Shown here: in pieces, positions 11,462 to 25,895 of the stretch | Numbering within the stretch: the first letter of the stretch is position 1 | Layout: every line of letters begins with the position of its first letter | Source: Callorhinchus milii | Lineage: Eukaryota | Assembly (NCBI RefSeq): GCF_018977255.1 | Contig: NW_024704742.1 | Coordinates: 108,936,001 to 109,000,000 of the forward strand | Length of the DNA stretch: 64,000 bases | Direction: 5' to 3' | Position numbers and translations under genes: made by a program | Notes under the pieces: model-generated | The model's database searches: none | Seen by the model: the letters and a program-made list of their open reading frames with translations, nothing else | Told to the model about the DNA's origin: nothing

Positions 11462-11825
11462 GGAACATTGGAATAGGAGTAGGCCATTCAGCCCCTCGAG
11501 CCTGTTCTGCCATTCTATAAGATCTTAGCTGATCTGTACCTCAACTTGCCAATTATCTGCCTTTGCTCCATATCCCTTGATACCCTTACCTAACAAAAAT
11601 CTATCGGCCTCAGTCTTGAAAATTTGAATTGATCCAGCATCCACAGCCTTTTGGGGAGCGAGTTCCAGATTTCCACTACACTTTGTGTGAAAAAGTGCTT
11701 CCTGATTTATCTTAAATGACCTGGCTCTAATTTTAAGTTTATGTCCCCTTGTTCTACATTCCCCTACCAGAGGAAATAGTATCTTCGTATCTACTACCGT
11801 ATCGAATCTTTTTATCATTTTAACA
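11462..11825 (-). mobile_element. CR1 LINE 3' fragment
   Basis: minus strand LFPLVGECRTRGHKLKIR...DRFLLGKGIKGYG plus CR1 3' UTR. Confidence 0.9.
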
Positions 11826-13134
11826 AGGGTTGTGGCTCAGCAATGAGATGCAAGGGAAATCACCTTTTATCCTTCAAAGGCGAAGTCTTAATATGAAAGG
11901 GTGGGCGGCAGTAGTGGGCTGCCATTTTTAAAAAAATGAATGCCATTCAATAAAGTTGTGTGGTATACTATTACATTTTAAGAGTAATTTTAAGTCTATC
12001 AAAGTCTTCTATTAAAGAAAGAAATATTCCTTGACGACCTGCATAAATCTATCAATTTTATTGACAAAATGAACTGAAGTATGTATCCAGTTGTTGGATT
12101 GAAATGCTAGGCTTTTGTAATGCTTTTAATGGGCTGTCTTCATTGCGCCTCAATCATTTGCTGTCTTCAATACAGTACTGTTTTACATTTTGGCAGCAGA
12201 ATTGCTGGATTGTCTTCTGCTCAGCCAGCACTCTCCACCTAGATGAATTGATTTTTGGTGCCAGAACCACCAGAATGTTTGTTCTCTTCTTACTTTTAAA
12301 ATTGGAACATATATTAAACTCATTTAATTGTTTTGAGATGCCACCAAGCTTTTTCTTGTTCGTTAACAAAAAACACATTTACATAGAATGAGAATAAATC
12401 AGATTGTATGCATAGCACCAAAGTCCATGGAATTCATTTGGACTAGGGTGAAAAATTCCATAAACAGACTTTGTGTTGTGCATAATTTGCAAAGTACAGT
12501 TGCAGAAGAAGAATTCCAGAAAAATATATGCCAAACCCTATGTTAGATGTCTCAATCAATGTAAGGGTATGAGCAGAGGCAACAAAGATATTGTGTTGAT
12601 TTATAACTGTCCTTGAAAGAGAGAATGTTAAATATTGAAAAGTCCTAATGTACTGCATCATTACCATTAAATGCCAGAAGTGACTTTCAGACATTTAGGG
12701 CATACTGGAGCTAGTCTTGTCAGACTTTCATAGTTTTGTTTAAAACTAACAAAACCTTGCTGAATATTTTGGACCAATTTTCAGTGGTTTATGTTTTCAA
12801 AGATCACAGCCAAGAGTACTTTCTGGAGCTAAAGTTTATTAGGGTAATGGAACAAAGTAGAAAAAATCACAGGACTTAGATGCTATGCATCCTAGAATAT
12901 CAGGAGTCTAAAATATTTACTCACAAACTGGATTACTTTACTTCGGTTTCCTGTTCCAAGCTTTTGATATTCAAAAAGAAAAAAATATGGGCTTGTTTTG
13001 AACTTGGCCGTCTTTTGGGATTTCAAGCAACTTTTATCTTATCAAAAACTTGTGAATCATTTAAGCAGTTGCAAATTGTTAAGCAGTTATCTGAAGATAT
13101 TCAGAGTGTGAATATTGCATTTTAGATCTCATTA

Positions 13135-13570
13135 AAGGAGCAATTAGCTGATGTGCCTGCAACAACCTTCCAAAAATCTTTGGAAACTGTAATTGTACTA
13201 TAGGAGTGTATGTAAGGTGGAAAATATTACACTGCTGTTCAAAAAAAAATGGAAAAACAAGACATGGAGTTATAGGCTGCTCCGATGTCTGGAGACCATA
13301 ATATAGAATAACAATAAATTATATTTGTATAGCATCTTTCACACCAAGAGACAGAATTTGTGAACACTCCTCCAGGAGCATCAGCATGAGATTTTGTAAG
13401 GCCATCTCATGCTTGACTAATTGAATTTTGGGGGCCAGTTCAAGTGTGTGTAGACAAAGCAAATGCAGATATGAATATGTGGATTTTCAGAATGTGTTGT
13501 ATGGTGCCTCATGAGAGACTGGTTGAGAAAATGAAAGCACCTTGTATCGAAGGTAAATTGGTGGGATGAA
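13135..13570 (+). mobile_element. Ancient CR1 reverse-transcriptase fragment
   Basis: Degenerate FQKSLET..LFKK..YR, QH.F..SCLTN, DFQ..VPHERL..KMKA motifs. Confidence 0.7.
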
Positions 13571-14382
13571 TGGAATCTATCAAAGGTAGATGGCAGAAGA
13601 AGAAGAAGAAGAAGAGAGATAATCTTTGGCCAGAATTAAATGATGTGGCTTGGGGATGTGTGCTGGAGCACCTTGTAGTTTTTGACCTATATTAATTTGG
13701 AAATGGACAATGGGAGTCGTTACTAAGCATTGATACAAAATTGGTAGTATCAAATTATGAGGAAGAATGCAGAAAATTGCATCTACCAATACCTGTTCTA
13801 CTTCAGTTTAATATGAAGTTTTTTTTTGGTGGGGGGGAGGAAGAACGAAGAAAGGAGGTGTACACTAAGTAATTGAGTTCTTCATGGTGAAAAGAGGTAG
13901 CTGGGTCATTACAAATTCCAAATTAGTTACGGAACTAACCAAAAACCTTCTGTCAAGAAGTCATACTGCCACTATACTTCCAGACTGTGCCAATGTTTTT
14001 CTTATTTTCTCTTTTTTTCTCTCACTGGTATTCTTGTTCCTTACCCTTGTTTGATAGACCTGTGTTATGCAGTATGTTTTGTTATGTTTTTGCATTATGT
14101 GCGTTATGTTTTAAGTCTTCTCAATTAGCTTTTTGCACATTTGACTAAAATTTTGTGAACATGATGCATCTACAAATGTTACTGAGGTTTCAAGAATAGC
14201 TGCTAAAATTTCTTTCCTTGATGTTCAATACCCCTGACTTTCCCATGAAAAATTTACGAGAGAAAAACGGAACTTTAAAGTCTTTAAGTTGCACTGAACC
14301 TTATTTATGACACAATCTTATTGTTGACACTTGACTACAAAACGTTTGCAATAGTTGATTAACATACTCTTTCTATCAAAGA

Positions 14383-15200
14383 TCTCATGGCTTCTCCTCC
14401 AGCCTCCGCACCGTCTCGTGCGGTGTTCGTCAGGGCTCTGTCCTCGGTCCCCTCCTCTTCACCCTCTATATGCTCCCCCTTGGTGACATCATCCGCAGAC
14501 ATGGGGTTAACTTCCACGTGTATGCGGATGATACCCAACTCTACATCTCTGCCTCCACCCTGAACTCCAGGACTACTGGCGTCCTGACTGACTGCCTGTC
14601 CGACATCAAGTCCTGGACGAGAGCCAACTTTCTTCAACTCACATCAAGGCCCAATTACGGGAACTCACTCCTCATCGGCCTTCCAAACTCTTCCCTTCAC
14701 AAGCTGCAGATCATCCAAAAATCTGCAGCTCATGTACTCTCACGCACCAGGCTCCGTGACCCCATCACTCCCACCTTTGCCCGACTCCACTGGCTCCCCA
14801 TCCCCTAGAGGATCAAGTTCAAGATCCATGGCCTCGCCCCCTCCTACCTCTCTGACCTGCTGACTCCCTAACAACCTGCCCGCTCCCTCCGTTCATTGGG
14901 CTCCGGCCTGCTCCATGTCTCCCGCCCTACCATCGGTGGCTGGGCTTTCAGCCTGTCAGGCCCCACACTTTGGAACTCCATCCCACAGTCCCTTCACCTC
15001 GTTTCCTCCTTTGCCTCCTTCAATGCTGGTCTCAAGACCCTTCTCTTTGACCGTGCCTTTGGTTTCCCTCCCATCTTTTTTCCTTCCCTCATCCCTACAT
15101 CACCCCTCCCCATGCTCGGGCTCCGATACTTGACTGTTCAGCGCTTTGGGACGTTCTCCCGACGTGAAAGGCGCTCTATAAATGTAATTTTGTTGTTGTT
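14383..15200 (+). mobile_element. L2 LINE fragment (RT core + 3' end, internally deleted)
   Basis: [17 protein letters not shown]...VYADDTQLY...LQIIQ.SAA...LHWLPI; (ttg)n tail. Confidence 0.93.
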
Positions 15201-15224
15201 GATGGGGCTAAAAGAGAACGAATC

Positions 15225-15600
15225 TCTGTCTCTTGATGTTGTGGCTTCAAGCCCCACATCTGGATCTTGAAGTCAGTCTAAACTAATAATCCAATATAGT
15301 GCTGGAGGACTGCTGCGCTTTCAGAGGTGCTGTCCTTCAGATGGGACATTAAACCGAGTCATCTGCCTGTTCAGATGAACGCTAAACATCCCCTGATAGT
15401 ACTTGACAAGAGAAGGAAGTTTCACCATTGTCATTGATCATTCACTTCATGGGTATTTGCGGGACATGGGTGAGTGCAAATTGGCTGCCGCTTTTACCTA
15501 CAAAATCATTACAGTTTATAGTAAAGTCCTGTGAAGTGATTTAGGACATCCTCCTGATGTGGAAAGTGCTACATCAAATGCAAGGATCATTCATATTATT
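15225..15600 (+). mobile_element. Old SINE with Deu-like central domain and L2-type tail
   Basis: gaggtgctgtccttcagatgggacattaaaccgag..tctgcctgttcagatg resembles the Deu domain as recalled; tail like the young SINE. Confidence 0.65.
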
Positions 15601-17933
15601 TTATCCTCATTTTCACTCTATCTGATTTAGCATCAATTGTTACCAAAATTGATCAGTGCTTTCCTTGTCTCATTTTGAACATAGCAACAATAGAGGCATT
15701 GACATGTCACACAATGAGAGTGCAATCAGAGGCTACATCTGTCAAACCTTTTTAAAGCTATATTTGAGTAGTTGCCTAAAAGTATTTGGAATCTACTAAT
15801 TTTTAAAAGTACAAATAATAATCTTTACATTTGTGTAGCATCTTTCACATCGGGAGAACATCCCAAAGCGCTTCACAGGATATACTGTAAATTTGAGTTG
15901 CTGTGTGTTTTATGGGTGAATGTGGTAGTCAATTTTGCGCACAGCAATATCCCATAAATAACCAATGAAATGATGAGCAATTTTATTGTTTGGATGATTT
16001 AATCGTGCACTGTAGACTCCTCTATACAGATGCAAGATTGCTACTTTAACTAAAACTAAAAGTTCTCAATTTTCATGGATCTACACTTACAATTTCTCAG
16101 ATGCAATGGGGTACTGAAAATAGTCACCCGAAATGATTAATCAAAGAAACTGAATAGTTTTGAAACAGCAAAATGCATTGATTTACATTTTAGCAGTATC
16201 AAAATTGATTCTGCAGTTAGCTTCTAACCAGAATCTTTAGATTTTTCAGCTTAATGTTCTATTCACTTTTTTTTATCCCACTGAAGTGAAAAGTTTAGTT
16301 GGGGAGTTTATTGGTTCCTTTTTGAAGGATTTGTAAAATTGTTGTGATGTAAAATGTTCTACATGTTAGTTAAGATACACTTATGTTTCCTAATTCAGAA
16401 GTATTTTTGTTGGTTTTAGCATTGTTCAAAATATTATCTTTGACTTTTAGTGTACAACTGTCTGTGTCCTTGGTAATGTTTGACTAAATAGATCTGATGT
16501 CTATCTGCATTCATTCAGTTTTTTAACCTTCATTTGTGTTCTTGTAGCAATAAAGAACCTTATGACCAAGGCAATGGAAATCTGTATAGCAAATGTACCG
16601 TGGTTGAATATATTTTGCTCTTAATAGAACAGATGTACATCTTGTAAAGATACATTTTTAAAATAATAATAATATAATCCTTGCATTTGATATAGTGCCT
16701 TATTGCGTCTTCGAGACGTATCAAAGCGCTTCACAGAATAAACTTCAAAAGTGAATTGACTGCATATTTTGTGGGCCCATGTTATATGTCTAATGTGCCT
16801 ATGATATTGCGACGTTCTTTGTCTTTGATGCTTTTGTCTCTTGGGCTAGCTGGGTTTTACATTTATAGCTCACACACAAGTAAAAGAATGGATCTGTTTT
16901 AGAATAACTCCTTAAGTTTGCTCCACCCTACCCCTGCGACCTCCTGCTAGCTCCCTCTGCTCAGCGGGCTCTGGCCTGCTTCACACACCCCCTCGCTCGC
17001 TCCACTGTTGGCGGGCGGGCCTTCTGCCACTCTGCCCCCACCCTCTGGAACTTCATTCCACAGTCCCTCCTTCAAGACCCATCTCAAGACCCTTCCTCTT
17101 CGACCATGCTTTTGATTACCCTGCTTCACCCCTGGCCTCCTTTTGTCTTAAGAAGGCATGTACATAAGCAGCTCCCAAGCCTTTGCTAATGGTGCTTTCA
17201 GAATGAGTAAATTAAGCTTTATTTGTTGGTGTTTTATCAAGTGTACCTAAAATGCATATTGTAGTTGGGTGATGCAGCTTTAGGAGTTGTCTTACAATGT
17301 TAGGGCCATTAACATCTTGACAGTAGGTGGTATTTGGCAAAATGTCCAAAATGCTTGTTTTTGTATAAAATAAATATTTCTTAAGCAAAATATTTAAATA
17401 TAATTGCTATAGTGTTTTCATGAAAACGATCTATGGTGGCATCTTCTCAGAAAATTGTTTGGGAGCTTGTTCCAAAATGCATATGCATCTGATTTGAATT
17501 ACTTCCTGATTTGCAAAAGAAAATAATGTTTTTTGAAGCTTGTACTTCTAAACAGACCACTTTGAGCATACTGGGTTAAGTACGGAACAAGTGCTGTACT
17601 GTGGAAAAGTTTTGGCAATCTATCTATCAATTTTCTCCGCTAGCGATCTTTTTAGCAATTTTCTCCGTTGCTAACCTTACCAAGTTAAGATGATCAGTGG
17701 GAGAACAAAACAAGCACTTGAAGATTACATGCTCTATGTAATCTATGCGGGCTCCAGCCTGCTCCATGTCTCCCGCCCGACCCACCCTACCATTGGTGGC
17801 GGGCTTTCAGCCTCTCTGCATTGTGTTTATCTTCTTTCTGTGTTATTAATATTTAATATTATTGTCCTTTTTAATTTCGTAATCACAATATTCTAATCTG
17901 ATAGTGCAGCAACTAATTCCACAAATTTATTGC

Positions 17934-18217
17934 AATAATAATCCTTGCATTTGATATAGTGCTTTTCACGTCTTCTAGACATCTCAAAGTGCTTCACAGA
18001 ATATACTGTAAAGTGAACTGACTGTATATTTGTGGGTGAAATGCAGCAGCCAATTGCACACATCAGTGTCCCACAAACAGTCATGGATTGAAGTGACCAA
18101 TTTTTTTTTGAGGGATTATTATCAGGCATGTGGAGTAAGGAAACTTGCCCAAGGTTTCGCCCTGCCGGGAATCGAACTTGCGATTCGAGTGCTCTAACCC
18201 CTGAGCTACAAGACTCC
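17934..18217 (-). mobile_element. tRNA-Ala-derived SINE
   Basis: Full tail-to-head homology with 6953-7278, short deletion in the head. Confidence 0.92.
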
Positions 18218-18837
18218 ACAAGTTGATGCAGTATACACCATTTCCTGAATGCAGAAAAATATTTTTCATACCTCAGCTATGTGCTAATTGAAGATGAGAA
18301 CTGTAATGGTGCTCAGCACCAGACGCCGTTCATATATAGTAATTTATTTTAGTAAATTCTCATAGCTCCTCACTGTGTAATTCTCTTTTTCTCGACAGTT
18401 GAATATTACATTTGTCTTGAGAACAAATCATGTCATTGCTGAAAAATCTAAAATAATGTCTGGTAAGAATCTAAACATTATTTGGTGTCTCTTGTTGGTG
18501 GCCAAAAGCTGAACTTCAGCAAAGAAACTGCTTCATGTTCAAACTTGTATATGCTACCAGGGGTAAAATGTTTGGTTTTAGCTCACATTGTTAAGGTTGC
18601 TGCAGTTAAGAATGATGAATTATCAGAGTGAAATTGCAGATCAATTGCTAGATTGTAACTGTAACTTATCGGCCATTCAGTATAATTAATGGCCCACTTA
18701 TTGAATTCTAATGTAATTCTCTCTATAGAGGCTGCTACAGTAAAATGCTGTGTGGTCTTTGTCTTTCCTCCTGCAGTTTGCTCTGCTGTGAGGAAACCAA
18801 ACCTCTTCAGTGACCTGGTCTAAGCAAACATTAAGTT

Positions 18838-19665
18838 GAGTCCTATAGCTCAGTGGTTAGAGCACTCGCTTTGCAAGCGAGAGACCTGGGTTCGATTCCC
18901 GGTAGGGTGAAACCTTGGGTAAGTTTTCTTACTCCACACGCCTGATAATAATCCCTCAACAAAAATTAATAAATTGGTCACTTCAATCCACGATTCTTTA
19001 TGGGACACTGCTGTGCGCAATTGGCTGCAGGATTTCACCTACAAATATAGTCAATTCACTTTACAGTATATTCTGTGAAGCACTTTGAGACGTCTCGAAG
19101 ACGTGATAAGGCTCTATATCAAATGCAAGGATTATTATTATTATTGGAGTCCTGTAGCTCAGTGGTTAGAGCACTTACCTCAAAAGCAAGAGACCTGGCT
19201 TCGATTCCCGGCAGGGCGAAACCTTGGGCAAATTTCCTTACTCCACATGCCTGATAATAAACCCTCAAGAAAAAAGGGTTCTAGAGTTGTGGAGTCCTAT
19301 AGCATATTGGTTAGAGCACTCGCCTCACAAGCGAGAGGATCCGGGTTCGATTCCTGGGCAGGGCGAAACATTAGGCAAGCTTCCTTACTGAACACGCCTC
19401 TTTTTACTAGCAGTAAGTAGGAACCGGTTGTTAGTAAATTGGTGGATCGCTTTTCTGAGAGTAATAATCCCTTCAAAAATAAAATTTTAAAAAATAATAA
19501 TTTGGTCACTTAATCCGCGACTGTTCGTTGGACACTTCTGTGTGCAATTGGCTGCTGCATTTCGCCCACAAATATACAATCAATTCACTTTACAGTATAT
19601 TCTGTGAAGCGCTTTAGACGTCTTGAAGATGTGAAAACCACTATATCAAATGCAAGCATTATTAT
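18838..19665 (+). mobile_element. Three head-to-tail tRNA-Ala SINEs (18838-19145 full, 19146-~19277 3'-truncated, 19291-19665 long variant)
   Basis: Three GAGTCCT(G/A)TAGC heads; two (ATT)n tails. Confidence 0.92.
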
Positions 19666-21989
19666 GGGTTGCATTATGAAGTATTATGGCAAGGATTATT
19701 ATTATATTTTAATTCCATTGTAATATCCAGAAACACAAGCCACGATATCTTCATCACAATGGTGGAAAACAAATTGAAGTAGAGCATGCAGCAAATGTCA
19801 GGGTCTAGAAATGTCTGTCTGAATATTTGATCAAAGTCGTTGCAGTTCAGTAGCAAGCACATGACCAATGTTTTACTGTCATTCATAACCTATTTTTTTG
19901 GTACCATTCCCCCGAAGCATGAAAAGTATGGAGCTTGGTTTCATGCATGGCATTTTGGTATCCAGTAATTTTGAAGTAGAATTTAACTATAGTATTTCAA
20001 TTATTCCAAGATACAGACATTGCCTTGGTATATTCACTTTTCTGCTTGTGTTCATCACCTTATTGTCTTTCAGATTTTTTAATTTCATAAAATTAATGCA
20101 CACCACAGCATTATATATTTAAAAAAATGTTTTTGGAGAAATGCAAGTGTGTCCCAAACCTGTTTCAAAATGCCATCCTTTTCAAGCCTAGATGACAATT
20201 TGGCCGTCCGAAGCTGGAAAAATCCCTAATTATAAAGAGTACATAACAAAACCGGTTGGTACTGAAATTTTCCATTCTCTCTTTCCAACCTTTTCCTGCC
20301 CCGTCATGTGGACACAACTTCCATATTACATCCAGGGAATTCATCTTTAACTTACCCTGCTCTGTTGCCAAAATGCCTTTTCTTTAAGGGGAGGCTTAAT
20401 TTAAAATTAGAACAGAAGCCTTTCTTTGGTATGAGCAATTATTACAAGGTATGGGCCAGCTGAGGACTCAATCCTCAAACCCCGCCACATTTTCTGCTCT
20501 GAGTTATGTTGGTATGGAAAATGCTAAAGATTGCAGGTGACTAAAGGGTGGGAGAAAAGTGAAAACAGAGAAAATAATGCACTTTGGTTTCTGGCTATTG
20601 TTTTCTTTGCATTCTTCCTTACATGTTAACCAGTGCAGCTTTCACTCATTGCAATTGACTTTTGCATCAAACAATGAGACTGCTGTGTAAGAGCTTGACT
20701 GTCCAAAGCCTAGAAACAGTGGTCAACGATTGTATAATGATTCGTGATCTTTTTTGTAAGCTTATATAAAAGTATCTAAACATTCTCCACTTAAACGTAA
20801 TTCTCCACTTCAGCGCCTCTTCTCGACTTGAAAGGCACTATATGAATGCAGTTTGTTGTTGTAATTGTCTTTAAAAACTTGGACTCCCAGTGCTATATCA
20901 GCATTTTTAAAATGTTGCAGGGATTTGATCCAGGCCAGTTATTCACGCTGATGTTCAAAAACTAGAGAACCTAATTAAATATTCAGAAATTAGGAATAAC
21001 TAGGGAATTGAGAGCTATTTAACACAAAGACTGCTATGTAGAAGCCAATTGAAGAAAATAATATAAAGAGGAGACTGCTAGATTATCTAGATTTCTAGTG
21101 AGAGGAAATTAAGGGTCAAATGAAAAGGTAGCAAGATAAGTTGAACTGAAAGTGGGTGAGTTTGTTGGGGTAGATCGTCTTTTCATGTTACTGACACTTT
21201 TTTGTTGTATTTGGAAAAGATAAGTGGATTGTATTGTAGCTATGTGTACATTCATGATTTTAAAGCTTGCCTAATGCCAACTATGGAATAATCGTAAATT
21301 CTGGCTATCTTGTTTAGAAGCAGTGCTGCATATTGTAGATAAGTCAACTGTTGAGCCACTCAACAGCTGTTCAGATCTAGGTGCAGCATGTGGTAGGAAG
21401 CGATGTTAAACTTACATTCACGCACAAATAATCATCTTTTTACTAGTGCAGTTTGTACCAGTACTTTGCAAGATTGTAAGGATTTTATTTTTACTCTGTC
21501 AAATTTTCATAAACTGTACAAATGTAATGCTGTCATTCTTAAAAGGTACAAAGTATATCATTGGCCTTTACAAATGTTGAGCAAGTTGTGTACATTATTA
21601 TAGATTGGTGATTTATTTTGCATGGAGCGCAGTTTAGTAAGTGGCTGTTATTGCATATATATTATGGTAGATTAATATCTTGTGGAGTGCATTTATGAAT
21701 GGGCTGAGAGCAAGCTCAATACCTATGTGCATTCTAATTCTTCAATGGTTGTGCAATTGATAGTTATTAATGATCCAGGCTTCGAATGTTTTTCTGCTTG
21801 CTTTATTTGTTCAACATACACTATTCTGGGTTAATTGATTGTGCCTATTTATCAGCCTGGTGATTTATTTATGTTGAATAGTTACCATGTACAGCTCCAC
21901 AGAGTGTTTGAACTTAAATAGAATGTGATGATCAGTTTGCAGTAATATAGCAATGGAGGGAAACCAAATCTTGAATCAAAATCACAAAT

Positions 21990-23105
21990 GATGTCATCTA
22001 TCTGTGACCAGGGCTCCCTCTGCCTCCTCAACCTCGTGGATCTCTCTTCCGAGTTTGACACAGTCGACCACGCCATCCTCCACCACCTCTCCTCCCCCAT
22101 CCGCCTTAGTGGAACCGTACTCTCATGGTTCAAGTTCTACTTAACCAACAACCTCCATTTCATCTCGGCAAATGGTTTCTCCACCTGCCCCCACCCAGTC
22201 ACCAGGGCTCCACCCTTGGCCTTCTTTTCCTTATCGATATGCTCCCTCTGGGCGATGTCATCTGCAGACATGTGGACGTGAATGACATACAAATCTACTT
22301 TGCCTCCTTTCAGTACCAACTCCAGTTCCTCCAATGTTCCATCAGCTTGTCTGGCAGACATCAGGGTGTGGATGAGTGCAAACTTCCTGCAGCTGAATGT
22401 GGACAAGACAGCTTGGCTCCTGTCAACGTCCTCACTCCTGTAGGATCGGAACTCCTCAACCTTCCTGGGCTGTCCTTCAGACTCACCGAACCAGTGTGCA
22501 TCCGAAGCGTCTGGTTCGTGGTCTGGTTCGACCCCCAGCTGTCCTTCCTCCTCCACATCCGGTCCCTGACCAGGACCACCTTCTTCCAGCTCCTCCACAT
22601 CCGGTCCCTGACCAGGACCACCTTCTTCCACCCCCGCAACATTGCCCGCCTCCGACCGTACCTTACCCCAAATACAGCCGAAACCCTCGTGCATGCGTTT
22701 GTTCACTTCCCGTCTGGATTACTGAAACACACTCCTTACTGGGCTCCCCAGCTTCACTATTCAAACGATCCAGCTCTTTCAGAACTCTGCCGCCTGCATA
22801 CTTACCCAGAACAAACATCTCATCAGTTCTGTCCAGGCTCCATTGGCTCCCCATCACCGAACGGATTGACTTCAAAATCCTCACACTCGTGTTCAAATCC
22901 CTTCGCTCTGTGGCATCTTCGAACCTCCACTCCCCAACCCACCACCAGGCACCACTGCTCGACTGACACCGGCCTCCTGCTCATCGCTCGCACCCTTCGC
23001 CCCACCATTGGCTCTGCCATTGTTAAGTGAACATAGTGGAGCAGGGGAGACGCTACCTTGCGTGGAGAGCATTATATAAGTGCAAGGTATTATTGTTGAA
23101 GTTGT
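21990..23105 (+). mobile_element. L2 LINE fragment (RT region to 3' tail), frameshifted
   Basis: DLSS.FDTVDH.IL, NFLQLN.DKT, RNIARLRPYL, LHWLPI.ERIDFKIL; in-frame 42-bp tandem duplication at ~22548-22630. Confidence 0.92.
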
Positions 23106-24044
23106 TGTATTATGTTAATTATAACAGTGGAGATGCATACAGACCATTTTCTTCCCCCACACCTCAAGCACCCCTCCCCCCTCCCCATTGATTATACTGT
23201 GGGTTTGGATATAACACTGTCCATTTATTGTTTATAACAAGATTTCATTTATAGAGCGCCTTTCTAGGCGTCTGGTTCGGTGTGATATCTTCCGCAACCT
23301 GGATGGAGTGATGAGGAAGTTACTGGTATCAGACGTTTTTACACTTGACTCATCTGCAACAGAAAATAAAAATTCATTGTAAGATTAAAAAAAACAGGGG
23401 GAGGAACATGACTTTTTGAACACCCTGGAGAATGTGAAGGAAACAACAGAGCAAACTTGTTTTTTGCCAAATTTAGAACCGGCCATTTTACACTACAAAT
23501 GATCTCTGCAGACAAAACGAGTAGTTGAAAAGCAATATTAGCTGATCAGGCTGGTGGGCCAAAGACTACATAAGTTTAAATTGGCTTGGTTTAAGAAGTT
23601 GTATCTGTCTTAGTGGAACATGCACTGTGTATGAATTTTGCTAACTTTGTGTTTGGTACCTGAAACCACCTGTTAAATTGGCTGAAATTAGTTCTCGATC
23701 AAATGAGATCATTCCACATTCAAGGCACTTGATAAATCAAGTGATATCCCTTTGGGTGCAGGACACATGATGGGCTTTGTGTTCTTTATATGTGCAAATA
23801 AGTGTACCATCACCACAAAATTGCATATTCGGTTAGATAAATAAAACTTCAATAACTGTGCCTGTTGTTACTCAAATTAGAGATGAATTTTAGCAAGTTA
23901 ATATATGTAAAGTGAATTTGAATCAATAGTAGCTGAACTTTGCCGCTAGTGATTTATTCTAAAGATTTCCTTAAGATTCTACCAATTCACACAATAAATA
24001 CATTTTACCAGTGGAAGGGAGTTTTAGGCTGTGCTATGACTTGT

Positions 24045-24349
24045 GAAGTCCTGTAGCTCAGTGGTGAGAGCACTCGCTTTGCAAGCGAGAAACCTGAGTT
24101 CAATTCCAGGCAGGGCGAAACCTTGGGCAAGTTTCCTTACTCCACACCCAATAATAATCCCTCCAAAAAAATAAAACAATAATAAATTGGTCATTTTCAA
24201 TCCATGACTGTTTGTGGGACATTGCTGTGCGCGTTCGCCCACAAATATACAGTCAATTCACTTTACAGTGTGTTCTGTGAAGTGCTTTGGGACGTCCTCC
24301 CGACGTGAAAAGTGCTATATCAAATGCAAGAATTATTATTATTATTATT
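24045..24349 (+). mobile_element. tRNA-Ala-derived SINE, young copy
   Basis: Near-identical to 6953-7278; TTGT on both flanks. Confidence 0.94.
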
Positions 24350-25773
24350 GTGCATGATAGTACATTTGTATGACTCATGAATCAAATGTATGGCCATTTC
24401 ACATTCAAAGGAGAGCTGTAACTTGTCATCACTAAACTGCACAAATAGCAGCATTGTGAAACGCATTTCAGTTGTTTGACTTAAAATACCACGCACTTGA
24501 CAAAAGGTATTACAGTAGTTTATTGTCCCAAAATCCTACGTAAAATCACTCCTTTGAGAACAACAGATTTTTTTTTGTCACAAAAAGCTTAATATTGTTT
24601 TTTTACCATTGAACCAAAAGTGGACTTTTCCTCCGTATTGCCTTTTTGAAAAAGGCTGAATGTTTCAGACAACATAGGAAATTACAAAACAAATCCTACT
24701 TGTAGCAGTCAGTATCTGTAGTCATATGAGTAATTTCCAAGTCATTGGTCACGGTGGGACATTTTCCATTGACCCTATTCATTAGACCAATTTGCCATGC
24801 CATAAGTCCATTGTTTGTGGGCTGCACAGAAAATAGGAACGATTCAATTTTATAAATCTCTCCAAATTGCAGGATTGCCCCAGAACGCGTACCCAACACG
24901 TCCCTCATGGCGCTATGAAACTTTTGAAAGATATTTATAAACTGTATTGGTTCAAAATTTTAAAGAACTTGTGGGGAAATTTTTTTAAATATTTCTCTTT
25001 GGTGTTGGTAGCACAGTTTAGAACGTTGCATTGTTTGGCATTAGCCTTTCAACATTATACAAGTTGGAACTGAATAAACTGGTAATTCTTTGCAATGCGA
25101 GTGAATATTTTATATTGCTTTGTATTGAATTCGGACATCAAAATATAATTAGGGTTTTTCTACAAATCGATAATTACCAAGAAAGATTAATTGTACATAG
25201 TAAATATTGATTACTTTCTTCCCTGCTTCAGACTCTCATCGTGTCAGTCTGCCTTGGCTGTTCTTCAGCTAACACAATTATGCTAAATACTATACTTCTA
25301 TCTTGTTTCATTGTCTATCATCATGCATCTTGTCTTGTAAGATGAGTTGCTAGTTTTTCTCTTGTGTTGTCAGGAGAAAACTGATATCTGTTCCAGTTAT
25401 AAGATAGGCACATGGGGATTAGAAAACTACAAGATAAAAATCTGGAGTACAGTCGTAGTTTGACAGAAGGAGAATGTTCCATCTCAGAGACCTGACTAAT
25501 GGAGAAAGGCAAACTTGTTTTATTATAACTGAATTCCCTACTTAATACAGTTCACAATATAACTGAATTCCCTACTGAAAGATTCAGAGTTTCAGGTTTA
25601 TATTGCAAACCTTCAGTTGCATTTTGCTTTGAAGTGCCATACTGAAAACGTATATTCAGCTAAATTCTCATCGAAGATTAACCAATGAAAGCTTAACATT
25701 GTATATGCTTTATTTATCTAGTATCTGATTTAATTATTTTCAATTATTAGCATTCATTTTTATTTCTCTATAG

Positions 25774-25895
25774 TTGGTAAAGATTCCAAGAACAGATGCC
25801 CCCAAAGAAGTGCGAAATTTTGACTTCTATGTGTCCAACATTGGAAAAGATAATCCTCAGGGAAGCTTTGACTGTGTCCAGCAATCCATCTCCAG
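25774..25895 (+). CDS. ELL2: ELL2 coding exon 3 (122 nt)
   Basis: ctctatag|TTG...TCCAG|gtactg; [45 protein letters not shown]-terminal domain motif DNPQGSFDC. Confidence 0.96.

Noticed and set aside
22125..23030. 301-aa ORF, and similar ORFs at 27792, 43354, 50592 and 62942
   Set aside because: Frameshifted, truncated L2 ORF2 remnants with no endonuclease domain or intact RT
25524..25576. 19-bp direct repeat TATAACTGAATTCCCTACT upstream of exon 3
   Set aside because: Two copies only, consistent with an ordinary local duplication; no functional evidence
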